DNA of 64,000 nucleotides from Mannheimia granulomatis (lineage in GTDB: Bacteria; Pseudomonadota; Gammaproteobacteria; Enterobacterales; Pasteurellaceae): positions 1,620,021-1,684,020 of the forward strand of contig NZ_CP016614.1 in the NCBI RefSeq assembly GCF_013377255.1, read 5' to 3'. The notes beneath the pieces were generated by a model. The model did not search any database, was not told the DNA's origin, and saw nothing but the letters and a program-made list of their open reading frames with translations. Below are positions 1 to 11,369 of the stretch, one piece after another. The position numbers and the translations under genes are program-made. Every line of letters begins with the position of its first letter. Position 1 is the stretch's first letter.

Positions 1-2
1 CT

Positions 3-299
3 CAAGATGCTCAAAACTGGATGAACTACTTATTCAACCGCCTAGCTGAACATGAATTATCAACAGTAAAATTCTACGATAAACGTAACGCCTACGTGGC
101 CGTCGTAAACCGAGTTGAAGAAATGTTACGCTTCTACCCAAATACTATGGCTACTAAAGAAGCACTTCCATATTTAAAAGAAGCATTTAAGCAAATGGGA
201 ATTCAAGACTCTGAACAAAAAACGGATGCTTTAATTCAAGAATACGAAAACAAAACCTTACCAAATCCTGAAAAACCGAAATACGGCGAGCAATTTTAA
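3..299 (+). CDS. bamD: Outer membrane protein assembly factor BamD, 3' fragment (5' end lies before the window)
   Basis: The frame is open from base 3. The C-terminus ...[39 protein letters not shown] matches the BamD/YfiO C-terminal region. Confidence 0.7.
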   Translation, partial: QDAQNWMNYLFNRLAEHELSTVKFYDKRNAYVAVVNRVEEMLRFYPNTMATKEALPYLKEAFKQMGIQDSEQKTDALIQEYENKTLPNPEKPKYGEQF

Positions 300-377
300 T
301 CAGGCATAAGATAATTTCAGGGGGCGAGTATTCGCCCCTTTTAGTCTCATTAATTTAAAAATTAACTTAAGGAAATC

Positions 378-1409
378 ATGCGAATTTTAGGTATTGAAAC
401 CTCTTGTGATGAAACAGGGGTTGCAATTTATGATGAAGAAAAAGGATTAGTTGCCAATCAACTCTATAGCCAAATTGATATGCACGCAGATTATGGCGGT
501 GTTGTGCCGGAGCTTGCCTCTCGTGATCATATCCGAAAAACACTACCTTTAATTCACGAAGCTTTAAAAGAAGCAGGGCTTAGCTCTACTGATATTGACG
601 GTATTGCTTACACCGCAGGGCCGGGATTAGTTGGAGCCTTACTTGTTGGAGCAACCATAGCGCGATCCCTTGCTTATGCATGGCAAGTACCGGCTCTTGG
701 TGTTCATCACATGGAAGGGCATTTACTCGCCCCAATGCTTGAAGAAAATGCCCCCGAATTCCCTTTTGTTGCATTGCTGATCTCCGGTGGGCATACTCAA
801 TTAGTCAAAGTCGATGGAATTGGTCAGTACGAATTAATGGGCGAATCCATTGATGATGCTGCCGGTGAAGCATTTGATAAAACCGGCAAACTATTGGGTT
901 TAGACTATCCGGCAGGGGTTGCAATGTCAAAACTTGCCGAATCAGGTACACCGGAGCGTTTTAAATTTCCACGTCCAATGACCGACCGCCCGGGCTTAGA
1001 TTTTAGCTTCTCTGGCTTAAAAACCTTTGCTGCGAATACTATTAAAGCGAATCTAAATGAAAATAGCGAGCTAGACGAACAAACTCGTTGCGATATTGCT
1101 CATGCATTCCAACAAGCTGTTGTCGATACCATTTTAATCAAATGCAAGCGTGCTTTAGAGCAAACCGGTTATAAACGGCTGGTAATGGCAGGTGGAGTAA
1201 GTGCCAATAAGCAATTACGAGCAGATGTTGCCGATATGATGAAAAAATTAAAAGGCGAAGTATTCTACCCTCGCCCACAATTTTGCACCGATAACGGAGC
1301 AATGATTGCCTATACCGGCTTTTTACGCTTAAAAAATGGCGAACAAACCGACTTAAGCGTGAGCGTAAAACCACGCTGGGCGATGACGGAACTTCCCTCA
1401 ATTAAATGA
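378..1409 (+). CDS. tsaD: tRNA N6-adenosine threonylcarbamoyltransferase TsaD (Gcp/YgjD)
   Basis: 343 aa starting [19 protein letters not shown], with the HMEGH metal-binding motif. Full-length Kae1/TsaD family. Confidence 0.93.
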   Translation: MRILGIETSCDETGVAIYDEEKGLVANQLYSQIDMHADYGGVVPELASRDHIRKTLPLIHEALKEAGLSSTDIDGIAYTAGPGLVGALLVGATIARSLAYAWQVPALGVHHMEGHLLAPMLEENAPEFPFVALLISGGHTQLVKVDGIGQYELMGESIDDAAGEAFDKTGKLLGLDYPAGVAMSKLAESGTPERFKFPRPMTDRPGLDFSFSGLKTFAANTIKANLNENSELDEQTRCDIAHAFQQAVVDTILIKCKRALEQTGYKRLVMAGGVSANKQLRADVADMMKKLKGEVFYPRPQFCTDNGAMIAYTGFLRLKNGEQTDLSVSVKPRWAMTELPSIK

Positions 1410-1412
1410 TCG

Positions 1413-1458
1413 CAAGCGGTCAAATTTGTAAAATATTTTGCAAATCTAACCGCTTGTT
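1413..1458. repeat. Inverted USS pair after tsaD (terminator-like)
   Basis: CAAGCGGTCAAA...CTAACCGCTTGTT. Confidence 0.8.
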
Positions 1459-1481
1459 CCCTAAATATTTTGGAGAATAAA

Positions 1482-1787
1482 ATGAACACAGCACAATTCC
1501 ACCAAGCCGTAGAGCAAGTATGGCAGCAAATTGAAGAAACCATTGATAACGAAGGTTTATCGGTGGACACCGAAATTCAAGGTGCGGTTTGTACCCTAAC
1601 CTTTGACGATGAATCTCAAATCATCATCAACAAACAAGAAGCGATGTTAGAGCTTTGGCTTGCTAGCAAATTAGGTGGTTTCCATTTTAAAAATGTAGCG
1701 GGCGAATGGGTCACTGCGGAAGGTCGTAACTTTTGGCAACACTTAACCGAAGCCTTTGCCAGACACGGTGAAGAAATTACATTCTAA
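1482..1787 (+). CDS. cyaY: Iron-sulfur cluster assembly protein CyaY (frataxin homolog)
   Basis: Aligns with E. coli CyaY (FHxxxExxW..., ...KQGGYHF-like LASKLGGFHF). The start is set at the ATG after the GGAGA Shine-Dalgarno; the ORF track starts earlier at a TTG. Confidence 0.85.
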   Translation: MNTAQFHQAVEQVWQQIEETIDNEGLSVDTEIQGAVCTLTFDDESQIIINKQEAMLELWLASKLGGFHFKNVAGEWVTAEGRNFWQHLTEAFARHGEEITF

Positions 1788-1886
1788 TAATCTTGCAGGA
1801 CGCTATGTGCGTCCTTGTAACATTTGCAAATTTTTCCTAAAAATAGACCGCTTGCAGGCTCTTTCGCCTCAACAAAATAATACACA

Positions 1887-3686
1887 ATGAACACCACCGC
1901 AATTTCTGTTTTAAATAATGTTTTTGGCTACCAAAAATTCCGAGACGGGCAAGAAGAAGTCATTAATGCCGTTTTAGAAAAGCGCGATTGCTTAGTCATT
2001 ATGACGACCGGTGGTGGAAAATCTCTTTGCTATCAAGTGCCTGCCCTTTGCTTGGAAGGCATCACCCTTGTGATCTCACCACTGATTTCGTTAATGAAAG
2101 ATCAGGTTGATCAGCTCATTACTAACGGTATTGAAGCCGCTTATCTCAATTCAACCCAAAGCATTGAAGAGCAGCAGCAAGTCGAGCAAAAAGCTTTATC
2201 CGGACAATTAAAACTCCTTTATCTTTCACCAGAAAAAGTAATGACTCAAGGCTTCTTCCAATTTATTTCACTATGTAAAATCAGTTTTATTGCGGTAGAT
2301 GAAGCTCATTGTGTTTCCCAATGGGGACATGATTTCCGCCCGGAATATACCTTACTTGGTAGATTACGTAATACCTTTCCAAATGTACCGTTAATGGCCT
2401 TAACTGCCACGGCAGATCCTACAACTCGAGCAGACATTCTGCATCATTTACGCTTACAGCAGCCACATATTTATTTAGGCAGTTTTGACCGCCCTAATAT
2501 TCGCTATACAGTGCAAGAAAAATTCAAACCGTTAGAACAGCTAGTCCAGTTTATCCATAAACAGCAAGGTAAAAGCGGCATTATTTACTGTAATAGTCGT
2601 AAAAAAGTAGAAGAAATTACCGAGAAACTCTCTGCACGCAAAATTAGTGTTATGGGTTATCACGCTGGTATGAGTTTTGAACAACGTGAAGTAGTACAAA
2701 ATGCCTTTCAGCGGGATAATATCCAAATTGTAGTGGCAACCATTGCCTTTGGAATGGGAATTAATAAATCAAATGTTCGTTTTGTAGTGCACTTTGACTT
2801 ACCTCGCTCAATTGAATCTTACTATCAAGAAACAGGGCGAGCAGGACGAGATGATTTACCCTCAGAAGCCGTTCTTTTCTACGATCCAACTGATTATGCT
2901 TGGTTACAAAAAATACTACTGGAAGAACCGGAAAGCGAGCAACGTAATATTAAACAGCATAAACTACAAGCCATAGGAGCATTTGCTGAATCACAAACCT
3001 GTCGCAGATTAGTGCTACTTAACTATTTCGGTGAACACAAGCAAGAAGCTTGTAAAAACTGCGATATCTGTTTAGACCCTCCACAGAAATATGATGGCTT
3101 ACTCGATGCACAAAAAGTCATGTCTGTAATCTATCGTACAGGTCAAATTTTTGGCCAACACCATGTAATTGCTGTATTGCGGGGTATGAATAATCTTAAA
3201 ATTCGTGAACATAATCACGATACCCTATCCGTTTACGGTATCGGCAAAGAACAAAGCCAAAATTACTGGTTGAATGTGATTCGACAACTCATTCACTTAG
3301 GACTAATTTATCAAAATATTGCTAATCACTCTGCGCTACAACTTACAGAAAGTGCCAGAGCTTTTTTACGCGGAGAGAAACCTCTACAACTGGCATTACC
3401 ACGTTTAGGTATTTCAGCTACGGCATTCGTTCAGAAACAAACCAGCCAACGTTATGATAAAGATCTCTTTGCTCGGTTACGCTTCCTGCGTAAACAAATT
3501 GCAGATAAAGAAAATATTCCACCTTATATTGTTTTCAATGATGCGACTTTACAAGAAATGGCAGAATTTTTGCCGACAAGTAAAATAGAAATGTTAGAAA
3601 TAAACGGTGTAGGGGAAAGGAAATTTGAGCGTTTTGGCGAAGCTTTTATGACCTTAATCAAAGAACATCAAAATAACCGAAAATAG
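1887..3686 (+). CDS. recQ: ATP-dependent DNA helicase RecQ
   Basis: 599 aa with Walker [15 protein letters not shown] box, zinc-binding C4 cluster and C-terminal HRDC domain. Confidence 0.93.
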   Translation: MNTTAISVLNNVFGYQKFRDGQEEVINAVLEKRDCLVIMTTGGGKSLCYQVPALCLEGITLVISPLISLMKDQVDQLITNGIEAAYLNSTQSIEEQQQVEQKALSGQLKLLYLSPEKVMTQGFFQFISLCKISFIAVDEAHCVSQWGHDFRPEYTLLGRLRNTFPNVPLMALTATADPTTRADILHHLRLQQPHIYLGSFDRPNIRYTVQEKFKPLEQLVQFIHKQQGKSGIIYCNSRKKVEEITEKLSARKISVMGYHAGMSFEQREVVQNAFQRDNIQIVVATIAFGMGINKSNVRFVVHFDLPRSIESYYQETGRAGRDDLPSEAVLFYDPTDYAWLQKILLEEPESEQRNIKQHKLQAIGAFAESQTCRRLVLLNYFGEHKQEACKNCDICLDPPQKYDGLLDAQKVMSVIYRTGQIFGQHHVIAVLRGMNNLKIREHNHDTLSVYGIGKEQSQNYWLNVIRQLIHLGLIYQNIANHSALQLTESARAFLRGEKPLQLALPRLGISATAFVQKQTSQRYDKDLFARLRFLRKQIADKENIPPYIVFNDATLQEMAEFLPTSKIEMLEINGVGERKFERFGEAFMTLIKEHQNNRK

Positions 3687-3839
3687 GCTGTAAACTAAGC
3701 ATTGATTATTGCATATAGTTTGAAAATCCTATAAAATTCGCCCGTTTACCTGTTTTCTATACAGATAAAAACGAGCACTATAACAATATATATCGTCTGC
3801 TATGCACTCGATTTTAACCAACCTAGAAGGAATTATACT

Positions 3840-4382
3840 ATTAAACCTGTAAAACGTGTTCAGACAAATCGTGCCCACCGTCTTAATGATGAAATTCGTG
3901 GCGTGAAAGAAGTTCGCCTAACCGATGAAAATGGTGAACAAGTTGGTATCGTATCAATTCAAGAAGCATTAGCAAAGGCTGAAGAAGCTGAGTTAGACTT
4001 AGTTGAAATTAGCCCAAATGCTGAACCACCGGTTTGTCGTATTATGAACTATGGTAAGTTCATCTACGAAAAAGAAAAAGCTGCAAAAGAGCAAAAGAAA
4101 AAACAAAAAGTTGTCCAAGTGAAGGAAATCAAATTCCGTCCGGGTACTGATGAAGGTGATTACCAAGTGAAACTTCGCAGTATTATGCGCTTCTTGGAAG
4201 ACGGCGATAAAGTAAAAATTACCGTGCGTTTCCGTGGTCGTGAAATGGCTCACCAAGAAATTGGTATGGACGTATTAGAGCGTGTAAAAGCCGATACAGC
4301 AGAAGTCGCAATGATCGAATCAGCACCGGGCAAACTTGAAGGTCGTCAAGTGGTAATGGTCATCGCACCTAAGAAAAAATAA
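3840..4382 (+). CDS. infC: Translation initiation factor IF-3, starting at an AUU codon
   Basis: Extending the annotated frame upstream gives [27 protein letters not shown], which aligns with E. coli IF-3 [26 protein letters not shown]. The only in-frame start is ATT at 3840, preceded by GAAGGA. This is the conserved autoregulatory AUU start. Confidence 0.85.
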   Translation: MKPVKRVQTNRAHRLNDEIRGVKEVRLTDENGEQVGIVSIQEALAKAEEAELDLVEISPNAEPPVCRIMNYGKFIYEKEKAAKEQKKKQKVVQVKEIKFRPGTDEGDYQVKLRSIMRFLEDGDKVKITVRFRGREMAHQEIGMDVLERVKADTAEVAMIESAPGKLEGRQVVMVIAPKKK

Positions 4383-4396
4383 TCTGACCTTATATA

Positions 4397-4424
4397 AAGC
4401 ACATAATTTTTATGTGCTTTTTTA
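4397..4424 (+). terminator. Rho-independent terminator after infC
   Basis: AAGCACATAA-TTTTT-TTATGTGCTT hairpin followed by a T run. Confidence 0.7.
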
Positions 4425-4429
4425 TCGGA

Positions 4430-4676
4430 ATAATCTATTATTTTTACTTGCATAGCGGTCATATTTTCGCTAAAATTCGCAAGCTTTTTTAAGCAACAAA
4501 GCAAACAGGCAGACTCAGCAGCCTGATTTGCTTTGAAATAGTAATGTTAATTGCATAGGAATGTGATTAGTGCTTCCAAGAGATTTCCATATAGCCGAAT
4601 GATTATTCGGCTTCAGAATGTGTAATCCGCCTAATGACAATGAAGTAAACTTAAACAATGCGGAGTTTTTAAAACA
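4430..4676 (+). promoter_or_regulatory. rpmI-rplT promoter and long 5' leader; candidate L20 translational operator
   Basis: TTGCAT-17 nt-TAAAAT at about 4449-4477, followed by roughly 200 nt of leader with hairpins (CAGGC..GCCTG, CCGAATGATTATTCGG). In E. coli this leader folds into the L20-binding pseudoknot. Confidence 0.4.
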
Positions 4677-4874
4677 ATGCCTAAAATTAAAACAGTACGT
4701 GGTGCTGCTAAGCGTTTCAAAAAAACAGCTTCAGGCGGTTTCAAACGTAAACAATCTCACTTACGTCACATTTTGACTAAGAAAACCACTAAACGTAAAC
4801 GTCACTTACGTCACAAATCAATGGTTGCAAAAGCTGACCAAGTATTAGTAGTAGCCTGCTTACCATACGCATAA
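4677..4874 (+). CDS. rpmI: 50S ribosomal protein L35
   Basis: [36 protein letters not shown]... Confidence 0.95.
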
Positions 4875-4972
4875 GCCTTTTTTAGGTTGCGTAGATAAGT
4901 ACGGACGTACGGATTAGTTAATTTTTAGTTTATAAATGTGGGCAAATGCCCAAAGACAATTTAGGAGATTAA

Positions 4973-5329
<357 letters not shown>

Positions 5330-5346
5330 TTTAAAGAATAGAGATG

Positions 5347-5377
5347 AGGACGCCCCTTAATAGGCGTCCTTTTTTAT
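5347..5377 (+). terminator. Rho-independent terminator after rplT
   Basis: AGGACGCC-loop-GGCGTCCT followed by TTTTTT. Confidence 0.75.
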
Positions 5378-5455
5378 TAGAAAATAGACTATTTTCATGA
5401 ATTAAATTCCAAATAAGCGGTCAAAAAGCTGATATTTTTTGCAAATGAGGGAAAT

Positions 5456-5731
5456 ATGAAAAAACTGATTTTAATTACCTTACCAGCAATGCTAACAGCT
5501 TGCTCAACACCAGTTCAACAGAGTAGTGTGCCAATGGATATGCAAGCAGTGGCAGATTACCAACAACGTATTATCTCCAAACAAACTGTTAATCCAAATG
5601 AGAAACCAAATGACGAGCCATTAAACCAAAGTGATAAACGAGCTAAAAGCACTGCAACACAAATTGTAAGGCCTGTAATTTATCCTAGCATAGGATATCA
5701 TCATGGATTTGGGCGTTATCGCGGTTGGTAA
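5456..5731 (+). CDS. Small lipoprotein, function unknown
   Basis: Signal peptide with lipobox LTAC|S. 91 aa with a C-terminal GYHHGFGRYRGW. Confidence 0.55.
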   Translation: MKKLILITLPAMLTACSTPVQQSSVPMDMQAVADYQQRIISKQTVNPNEKPNDEPLNQSDKRAKSTATQIVRPVIYPSIGYHHGFGRYRGW

Positions 5732-5742
5732 AATAAGCTTAT

Positions 5743-6372
5743 CTATTGGCAAATTTTTTGCCAAAGTTGACCGCTTGTAGGCTCTGCATTTACGCAGATT
5801 CTTTCGCCATCATATTCAAAATCAAGCTGATAAGCATGTAAGTAAACTCTATCTGCTGCCGTTCCCGAATAGAGCCTATCACCTAAAATCGGGCTACCTA
5901 AGCTTTTCATCGCAACCCTTAACTGATGTGTTTTGCCGGTTTTGGGTTGCAGAAGAAAATGGCGTAAAGGAACTTCGACAGAGTAAGAGGTAAATTGTGT
6001 GACTGCGGGATTTTCTTTACTATGGCACAGCTTCCATGCCCCATTACGGGATTTTTCCATATCCCCCACAATCTTTCCTTGCTTTTTCTTCGGCTTTTTA
6101 TCACTCAACGCCCAGTAAGTTTTCTGAATTTTGTGCTGCTCGAACAAATGATAAAACCGCACTGCGGCCTCTTTATTTAAAGCTAAAATCAATAAGCCGG
6201 AGGTGATTTTATCTAAACGGTGAACCAGCCAAACCTGTTCGACATTAAGCTGTTTTGCTACCTGTTCAGTTAAGCCAATCTCTTCCTCGTCTTTATGCAC
6301 GCTTACCCCCTCAGGCTTATTGATAATAATAAAATCATGATGTTGATAACAAATCATCAATTCTGTATTCAT
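5743..6372 (-). CDS. RluA-family pseudouridine synthase (TruC/RluA-like, short form)
   Basis: HRLDKITSGLLILA catalytic Asp motif and KTYWAL motif. At 209 aa it is shorter than E. coli TruC. Confidence 0.7.
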   Translation of the reverse strand: MNTELMICYQHHDFIIINKPEGVSVHKDEEEIGLTEQVAKQLNVEQVWLVHRLDKITSGLLILALNKEAAVRFYHLFEQHKIQKTYWALSDKKPKKKQGKIVGDMEKSRNGAWKLCHSKENPAVTQFTSYSVEVPLRHFLLQPKTGKTHQLRVAMKSLGSPILGDRLYSGTAADRVYLHAYQLDFEYDGERICVNAEPTSGQLWQKICQ

Positions 6373-6421
6373 TTTGCTATAATCTCTTTTAATTTTTTGA
6401 TTATTTTAACAAGGAAATTCA

Positions 6422-7051
6422 ATGGCACTTACAATTTATTTAGTCAGACATGGTAAAACCGTCTGGAATATTGAAGGTAGATTACAAGGTTCAGGCGATT
6501 CAGCTTTAGTAGAAGAAGGGATTAACGGAGCGAAAAAAGCCGGAGTTGCCCTTAAAAATATTCCATTTCGTGCTGCCTATTCCAGTATGCAAAAACGCGC
6601 CCAAGATACCGCTAACTATATTTTAGCAGAAAATGAGCTATCCAATATTCCCCATTTCCACCACTGGGGACTCAATGAATTTAATTTTGGCTCTTGGGAG
6701 GGCGTAAAATCTGTTGATTTACAAGAACATGACGAATATTGGGTAATGAAGCGCACACCGGCGGAATACCAAGCCCAAAGCAATGGAGGCGAGGTGTTTG
6801 AGCAGCTTTATCAACGCGTTACCAATGCATTTAACCACATTGCTGAACTGCATAAAAATGATCAGCATGTATTAATCGTCTCTCATGGCATGACGCTTAC
6901 TTTATTAACCGCAGTGTTAAAAGGTATTCCTTGGCAAGATTTCCGTAATGAAGAAAAACATTGCTTTGTGATCAACACCGCGATTACAAAAGTGAAAGTA
7001 GATAACGGTAAGGTTGAAGTTATTGATTTTAATAATACCGCTCATTTATAG
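6422..7051 (+). CDS. Histidine phosphatase family protein (phosphoglycerate mutase GpmB-like)
   Basis: LVRHGKTVWN catalytic RHG motif. Confidence 0.75.
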   Translation: MALTIYLVRHGKTVWNIEGRLQGSGDSALVEEGINGAKKAGVALKNIPFRAAYSSMQKRAQDTANYILAENELSNIPHFHHWGLNEFNFGSWEGVKSVDLQEHDEYWVMKRTPAEYQAQSNGGEVFEQLYQRVTNAFNHIAELHKNDQHVLIVSHGMTLTLLTAVLKGIPWQDFRNEEKHCFVINTAITKVKVDNGKVEVIDFNNTAHL

Positions 7052-7324
7052 CGAGCCAAATTAAAAAAATAAAAAGTAGCAATCATTTGTTGTGTTTTAA
7101 TCTCTCATTCATCAATAACAACTTAAAACATAATAAGCGGTCGATTTTCTGAAAAATTTCACAAAAAACTGCTATAAAATATGAAATTTCTAGTCAATTC
7201 ATTGCAAAATCGCTATACTTTATCGCCCTAAATTTTAGGTCGAAAAATGATCTCTCTTTTTAGAGAAATCATAGGAATTAAATAGCGTTAATTTACGCAA
7301 AAAATAACAATATAGAGGTTTTAA

Positions 7325-7888
7325 ATGTCAGCTCCAAATTCAGGAACTAACCCGGCTCCGCTCGGTTTATGCGGTTTTGCATTGACTACTTTTTTACTTA
7401 GCTTAATCAACAATGGCACATTCAGCGGTGAAAATGTAGGCTTAGTATTAGCAATGGGATTTGCATTCGGTGGTACAGCACAGATGATCGCAGGTATGTT
7501 TGAATTCGCTAAAGGTAATACTTTTGGTTTTACTGCTTTCACTAGCTACGGTGCATTCTGGTGGTCTTTTGCATTATTTAAAGTATTTTTCGCATCAACA
7601 GTATCGCCGGAATTTATCGGCTGGTATTTAGTAGCTTGGGGAACATTTACATTAATGATGTTTATTGGCACTCTTGCGAAAGCTCGTGCATTACAAGCGA
7701 TTTTCTTATTCTTAACCATTACATTCTACTTGTTAGCCGCAGGTGACTTTACCCATAACAGTTCGTTAACAAATATTGGTGGAAACTTTGGTTTATTAAC
7801 TGCATTCTGTGCATTCTACTTAGCCGCTGCAGATATTATCAACGAAAGCTTTGGTAGAACCATTTTACCAATTGGCGAACCGAAATAA
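7325..7888 (+). CDS. satP: Acetate/succinate uptake transporter, GPR1/FUN34/YaaH family
   Basis: NPAPLGLCGFALTTFLLS signature; six predicted TM segments. Confidence 0.85.
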   Translation: MSAPNSGTNPAPLGLCGFALTTFLLSLINNGTFSGENVGLVLAMGFAFGGTAQMIAGMFEFAKGNTFGFTAFTSYGAFWWSFALFKVFFASTVSPEFIGWYLVAWGTFTLMMFIGTLAKARALQAIFLFLTITFYLLAAGDFTHNSSLTNIGGNFGLLTAFCAFYLAAADIINESFGRTILPIGEPK

Positions 7889-7910
7889 TCTTTTTGTATT
7901 AAAAATTAAA

Positions 7911-7943
7911 AAAGCTGAATGTTGCTACATTCAGCTTTTTTAT
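7911..7943. terminator. Bidirectional terminator between satP and plsB
   Basis: AAGCTGAATGT-TGCTA-ACATTCAGCTT flanked by an A run and a T run. Confidence 0.7.
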
Positions 7944-7987
7944 TTCATCTCTAATTTGCAAATTTTAACGTAAAAATAACCGCTTGC

Positions 7988-10444
7988 TTACGCCTCTTTC
8001 TGAGTTTTTTTCTCAACTTCAATTTGCTCTGTTTTTTCCACTTCAAGTTTTACCATAGAACCTTGAATAGTTTGTTGAACTTCAATTGAAATTAAGCTAC
8101 ATAGCAAACTTTCCGTTTCTTTAACTTTTTCAACAACCAAATTATCTGAAGCATCGAAATATCCTTGCTCTTTTAAGCTTGCACTAAAGGTTGAGAAAAT
8201 TGCTTTATCAAAGAATTCCGGTGCGTTAATGCCGTGTAATACGGATAAACGCTGAGCAATCGAACTACTCTCTTTTTCCAAAGCACCTCGGCTGATTCCC
8301 GGCTGCTCGAGTAACACACTCAAGCTGATATAGTAGCGTTGTAAAATCTCACGCACGCCCGCAGAGTGCAGTTGTAGTGTACGGATATGCGGACGGCTAA
8401 TCATCAACATATCGCTTTCGTTTTTAATTACACCTTGGCGAACAAATTCTGCAATAATAGCTTCAATATGCTTGCTGACTTCCTCTTGTTTAAAATGTAG
8501 GAATAATTCAGCTTGTAAGAACGGATAAATTCGGTTTACTGCTTGAATTACCAAATCTTTTGAAATCGCTTCGTGGTGTAACACCATACTTGCCACTAAA
8601 GCCGGCAATACAAACAGATGCTGAACATTGTTACGATAATAAGTCATCAGTACGGCTGATTCTCTATCTAAACGAATCAACTCACCAAAACTATCTTTTT
8701 CAATGCAAACGCCTGAACGAGGCAATTGGATAACATGATTTAACATATCTTCCACAGACTCTTCGGGTAAAGTAACCTCTTTTGAATAAGGCACATTTCT
8801 AAATAACTGAACATAACTTTCCAGCTGTTCAATTACCTGCTCACGAGATAACGCACGCTGACGGGACGCTAATAAAGCAGAACCGACCAAGTTTTTCGCA
8901 TTTACCGCTGCCGCCTTATTAATATTGACCATCACTTGGTTTGCGATGTTATCTACAGCCTCATTTAACCATTTAGGACGATTATCCTCCGATGACTCTT
9001 TCCACTCAGGGAAATGTTGATTAAGGTAATTATTTACTTGAATCGGCTCACCAAAATTAACATAACCCTGCCCTAAATTTTTCAGTTTTTTAATCACACG
9101 CAACACCAAACCCGCATTCTCTTTCTCTTTGGCTGCACCGCGTAATTCTTTAGCGTAAGTATCTACTTCAAGCACATGCTCATAACCGATGTACACAGGC
9201 ACAATGCTAAGCGGACGATTTAAACCACGCTGAAGAGCCTGTAAGGTCATCGACATCATACCTGTTTTTGGTTCTAACAAACGTCCTGTACGAGAACGCC
9301 CCCCTTCGATGAAATACTCCACCGAATAACCGCGATAAAATAACTCTGCTAAATATTCACGGAAAATTGTAGAATACAGGCGATTTCCTTTAAAAGTACG
9401 ACGAATAAAGAATGCTCCCCAGCTACGGAAAATCGGACCTGCCGGCCAGAAATTCAGATTAATACCGGCAGCAATATGTGGTGGAACTAAACCTTGATGA
9501 TAAAGTAAATAAGATAAAAGCAAATAGTCCATGTGACTACGGTGACACGGCACATAAACAATCTCATGCCCTTCCAAGGCTAATTTACGTACACGATCAG
9601 CGTTTTTTACATTAATGCCTTGATATAATTTATTCCAAAGCCAACTTAACACACGATCTGCTACTCTTAAGCTCTCATGTTTTACATCTGCGGCAATTTC
9701 ATTAATAATTTTTTCAGCTTCTTTACGCGCTTTTTCCGGAGAAGATTTTTTAGCTTCTTCTGCAATGGCGGCTTGAATCACCTCAGAATTAAGGATTTTA
9801 TTAAACATTGCCTCACGATTAGGCAAACGAGGTCCCATTGCAGAATAACGTAATTTAGCAAAGTGAATTTTAGCTACCCTTGCCACTTTTTGAGCAATTT
9901 TTTCATCCGCTCCATGCTCGGTAACCATATAACGCAAAGATACCGCCTGAGAAAAACGGACAAAATTATCACGCCCCGACCAAATCATTGAAATAAAGCG
10001 TTGGAATGAGGTTAAAACCTGTAAATAGCGAGCATCTTCTTTACCCGGAGCTCGCCCCCATAACACAGAGACAGGCACTATTTGCACATCTAACTCTTGA
10101 TTTTCACGATGTAAATCTAAATAACGATAAAAAAGCGATTCTGTTTCGCTTTTTGCCCCCTTTGATTTAAAGAAACGGCGACCTTCGTCTAAAAAGACAA
10201 AACGGGGTAAAGTCTGACCATCAATCATATTATCTTGCAATGGATCGGGTAAATTTAATGCCAAACAGTTTTTTTGTAAAATCAATAAATCGGTTTGTGA
10301 GGTATATGGCAACACATAGACAATAGGTTGCTCAAGGTTGAGTGCCAATTCTCTTATAGGATCATTAGGAATAGCACGAGACTTCACTAAAAGTGAAAGA
10401 GGTAAATTTAATAGGGTTCGATAACAATTTAATAAGCCAGACAT
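7988..10444 (-). CDS. plsB: Glycerol-3-phosphate 1-O-acyltransferase PlsB
   Basis: 818 aa, colinear with E. coli PlsB, with the [12 protein letters not shown] acyltransferase motif. Confidence 0.92.
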   Translation of the reverse strand: MSGLLNCYRTLLNLPLSLLVKSRAIPNDPIRELALNLEQPIVYVLPYTSQTDLLILQKNCLALNLPDPLQDNMIDGQTLPRFVFLDEGRRFFKSKGAKSETESLFYRYLDLHRENQELDVQIVPVSVLWGRAPGKEDARYLQVLTSFQRFISMIWSGRDNFVRFSQAVSLRYMVTEHGADEKIAQKVARVAKIHFAKLRYSAMGPRLPNREAMFNKILNSEVIQAAIAEEAKKSSPEKARKEAEKIINEIAADVKHESLRVADRVLSWLWNKLYQGINVKNADRVRKLALEGHEIVYVPCHRSHMDYLLLSYLLYHQGLVPPHIAAGINLNFWPAGPIFRSWGAFFIRRTFKGNRLYSTIFREYLAELFYRGYSVEYFIEGGRSRTGRLLEPKTGMMSMTLQALQRGLNRPLSIVPVYIGYEHVLEVDTYAKELRGAAKEKENAGLVLRVIKKLKNLGQGYVNFGEPIQVNNYLNQHFPEWKESSEDNRPKWLNEAVDNIANQVMVNINKAAAVNAKNLVGSALLASRQRALSREQVIEQLESYVQLFRNVPYSKEVTLPEESVEDMLNHVIQLPRSGVCIEKDSFGELIRLDRESAVLMTYYRNNVQHLFVLPALVASMVLHHEAISKDLVIQAVNRIYPFLQAELFLHFKQEEVSKHIEAIIAEFVRQGVIKNESDMLMISRPHIRTLQLHSAGVREILQRYYISLSVLLEQPGISRGALEKESSSIAQRLSVLHGINAPEFFDKAIFSTFSASLKEQGYFDASDNLVVEKVKETESLLCSLISIEVQQTIQGSMVKLEVEKTEQIEVEKKTQKEA

Positions 10445-10556
10445 ATTAATATCCCTTTAGAATAGTTATTTTTGGAGGTCTAACCTCTAAGACACACCAT
10501 TCTACCATAATTTTTTACATAATTTTGTGAAATTATTAGTTACAAAACCAAAAATA

Positions 10557-10594
10557 CTGTATATACTATCAACATTTTCTGTATATAAAGCCAG
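10557..10594. promoter_or_regulatory. Candidate LexA operator(s) in the lexA promoter
   Basis: TACTGTATATACTATCAACA at 10555-10574 has a good CTGT half-site but a degenerate second half. CTGTATATAAAGCCAG at 10579-10594 is CTGT-N8-CCAG, one mismatch from CTGT-N8-ACAG. Confidence 0.35.
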
Positions 10595-10607
10595 TAAGGA
10601 TATTCAA

Positions 10608-11243
10608 ATGCGTAAACATTTAACTGCTCGCCAACAAGAAATTTTTGATTTCGTAAAAAATCATATTGAAAAGACAGGAATGCCTCCAACACGTGTGGAA
10701 ATTGCGAGAGAAATAGGCTTTAAGTCACCCAACGCAGCAGAAGAGCATTTAAAAGCACTTGCCCGTAAAGGCTATATTGAGATGCTTTCAGGCACATCTC
10801 GAGGCATTCGTATTTTGGTTAATGATGAAGCTGAAGCAGCTAATGACGCAGATGAAGGCTTACCGCTTATTGGTAAAGTGGCTGCCGGCACCCCTATCTT
10901 AGCTGTTGAACACGTAGAAAATCATTATCCGGTAAACGGTGCGATGTTTAACCCGGCTGCTGACTATTTACTAAAAGTAAACGGCAATTCCATGGAAAAA
11001 ATCGGTATTTTGGATGGCGACTTATTAGCCGTTCATAAAACTAACTCGGCCCGTAACGGTCAAGTGGTTGTTGCCCGTGTTAATGATGAAGTCACCGTTA
11101 AACGCTTAGAGAAAAAAGGCGAATTAATCTATTTGCATCCTGAAAACGATGAGTTAAAGCCAATTGTGGTCAACCCAACCCAAGAATATATTGAGATTGA
11201 AGGCATTGCCGTGGGTGTTATTCGTAGCAATGCTTGGATGTAG
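10608..11243 (+). CDS. lexA: LexA repressor
   Basis: The start is set at [15 protein letters not shown], after an AAGGA Shine-Dalgarno. Ala-Gly cleavage site (VAAGTP), catalytic Ser/Lys region (NGNSM...KRL). The ORF track's N-terminal extension is not supported. Confidence 0.88.
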   Translation: MRKHLTARQQEIFDFVKNHIEKTGMPPTRVEIAREIGFKSPNAAEEHLKALARKGYIEMLSGTSRGIRILVNDEAEAANDADEGLPLIGKVAAGTPILAVEHVENHYPVNGAMFNPAADYLLKVNGNSMEKIGILDGDLLAVHKTNSARNGQVVVARVNDEVTVKRLEKKGELIYLHPENDELKPIVVNPTQEYIEIEGIAVGVIRSNAWM

Positions 11244-11369
11244 AATATTATTAGGGTTAAAATGAATCCTCCCTACTACAGCCGATAATATCGAAAAGGG
11301 CGAATATTGATTCGCCCTACAAATTGCAAAAAAATAATAGAATTTGACCGCTTGTATCCTTTCTTCTCT

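Noticed and set aside
586-1570. Antisense ORFs inside tsaD and the cyaY leader (586-774, 1138-1401, 1310-1570)
   Set aside because: Embedded antisense in well-supported genes, with no independent signals. The same applies to the other short antisense ORFs in the track (for example 2541-2726, 3999-4256, 12271-12531, 13170-13469, 21828-22028, 28781-29686, 30922-31195, 31814-32327, 33711-34295, 37360-37644, 41031-42627, 53027-54778).
10527-10607. ORF-track N-terminal extension of lexA ([14 protein letters not shown]...)
   Set aside because: The extension covers the promoter and SOS-box region. Conserved LexA starts at [10 protein letters not shown], which has a good Shine-Dalgarno.
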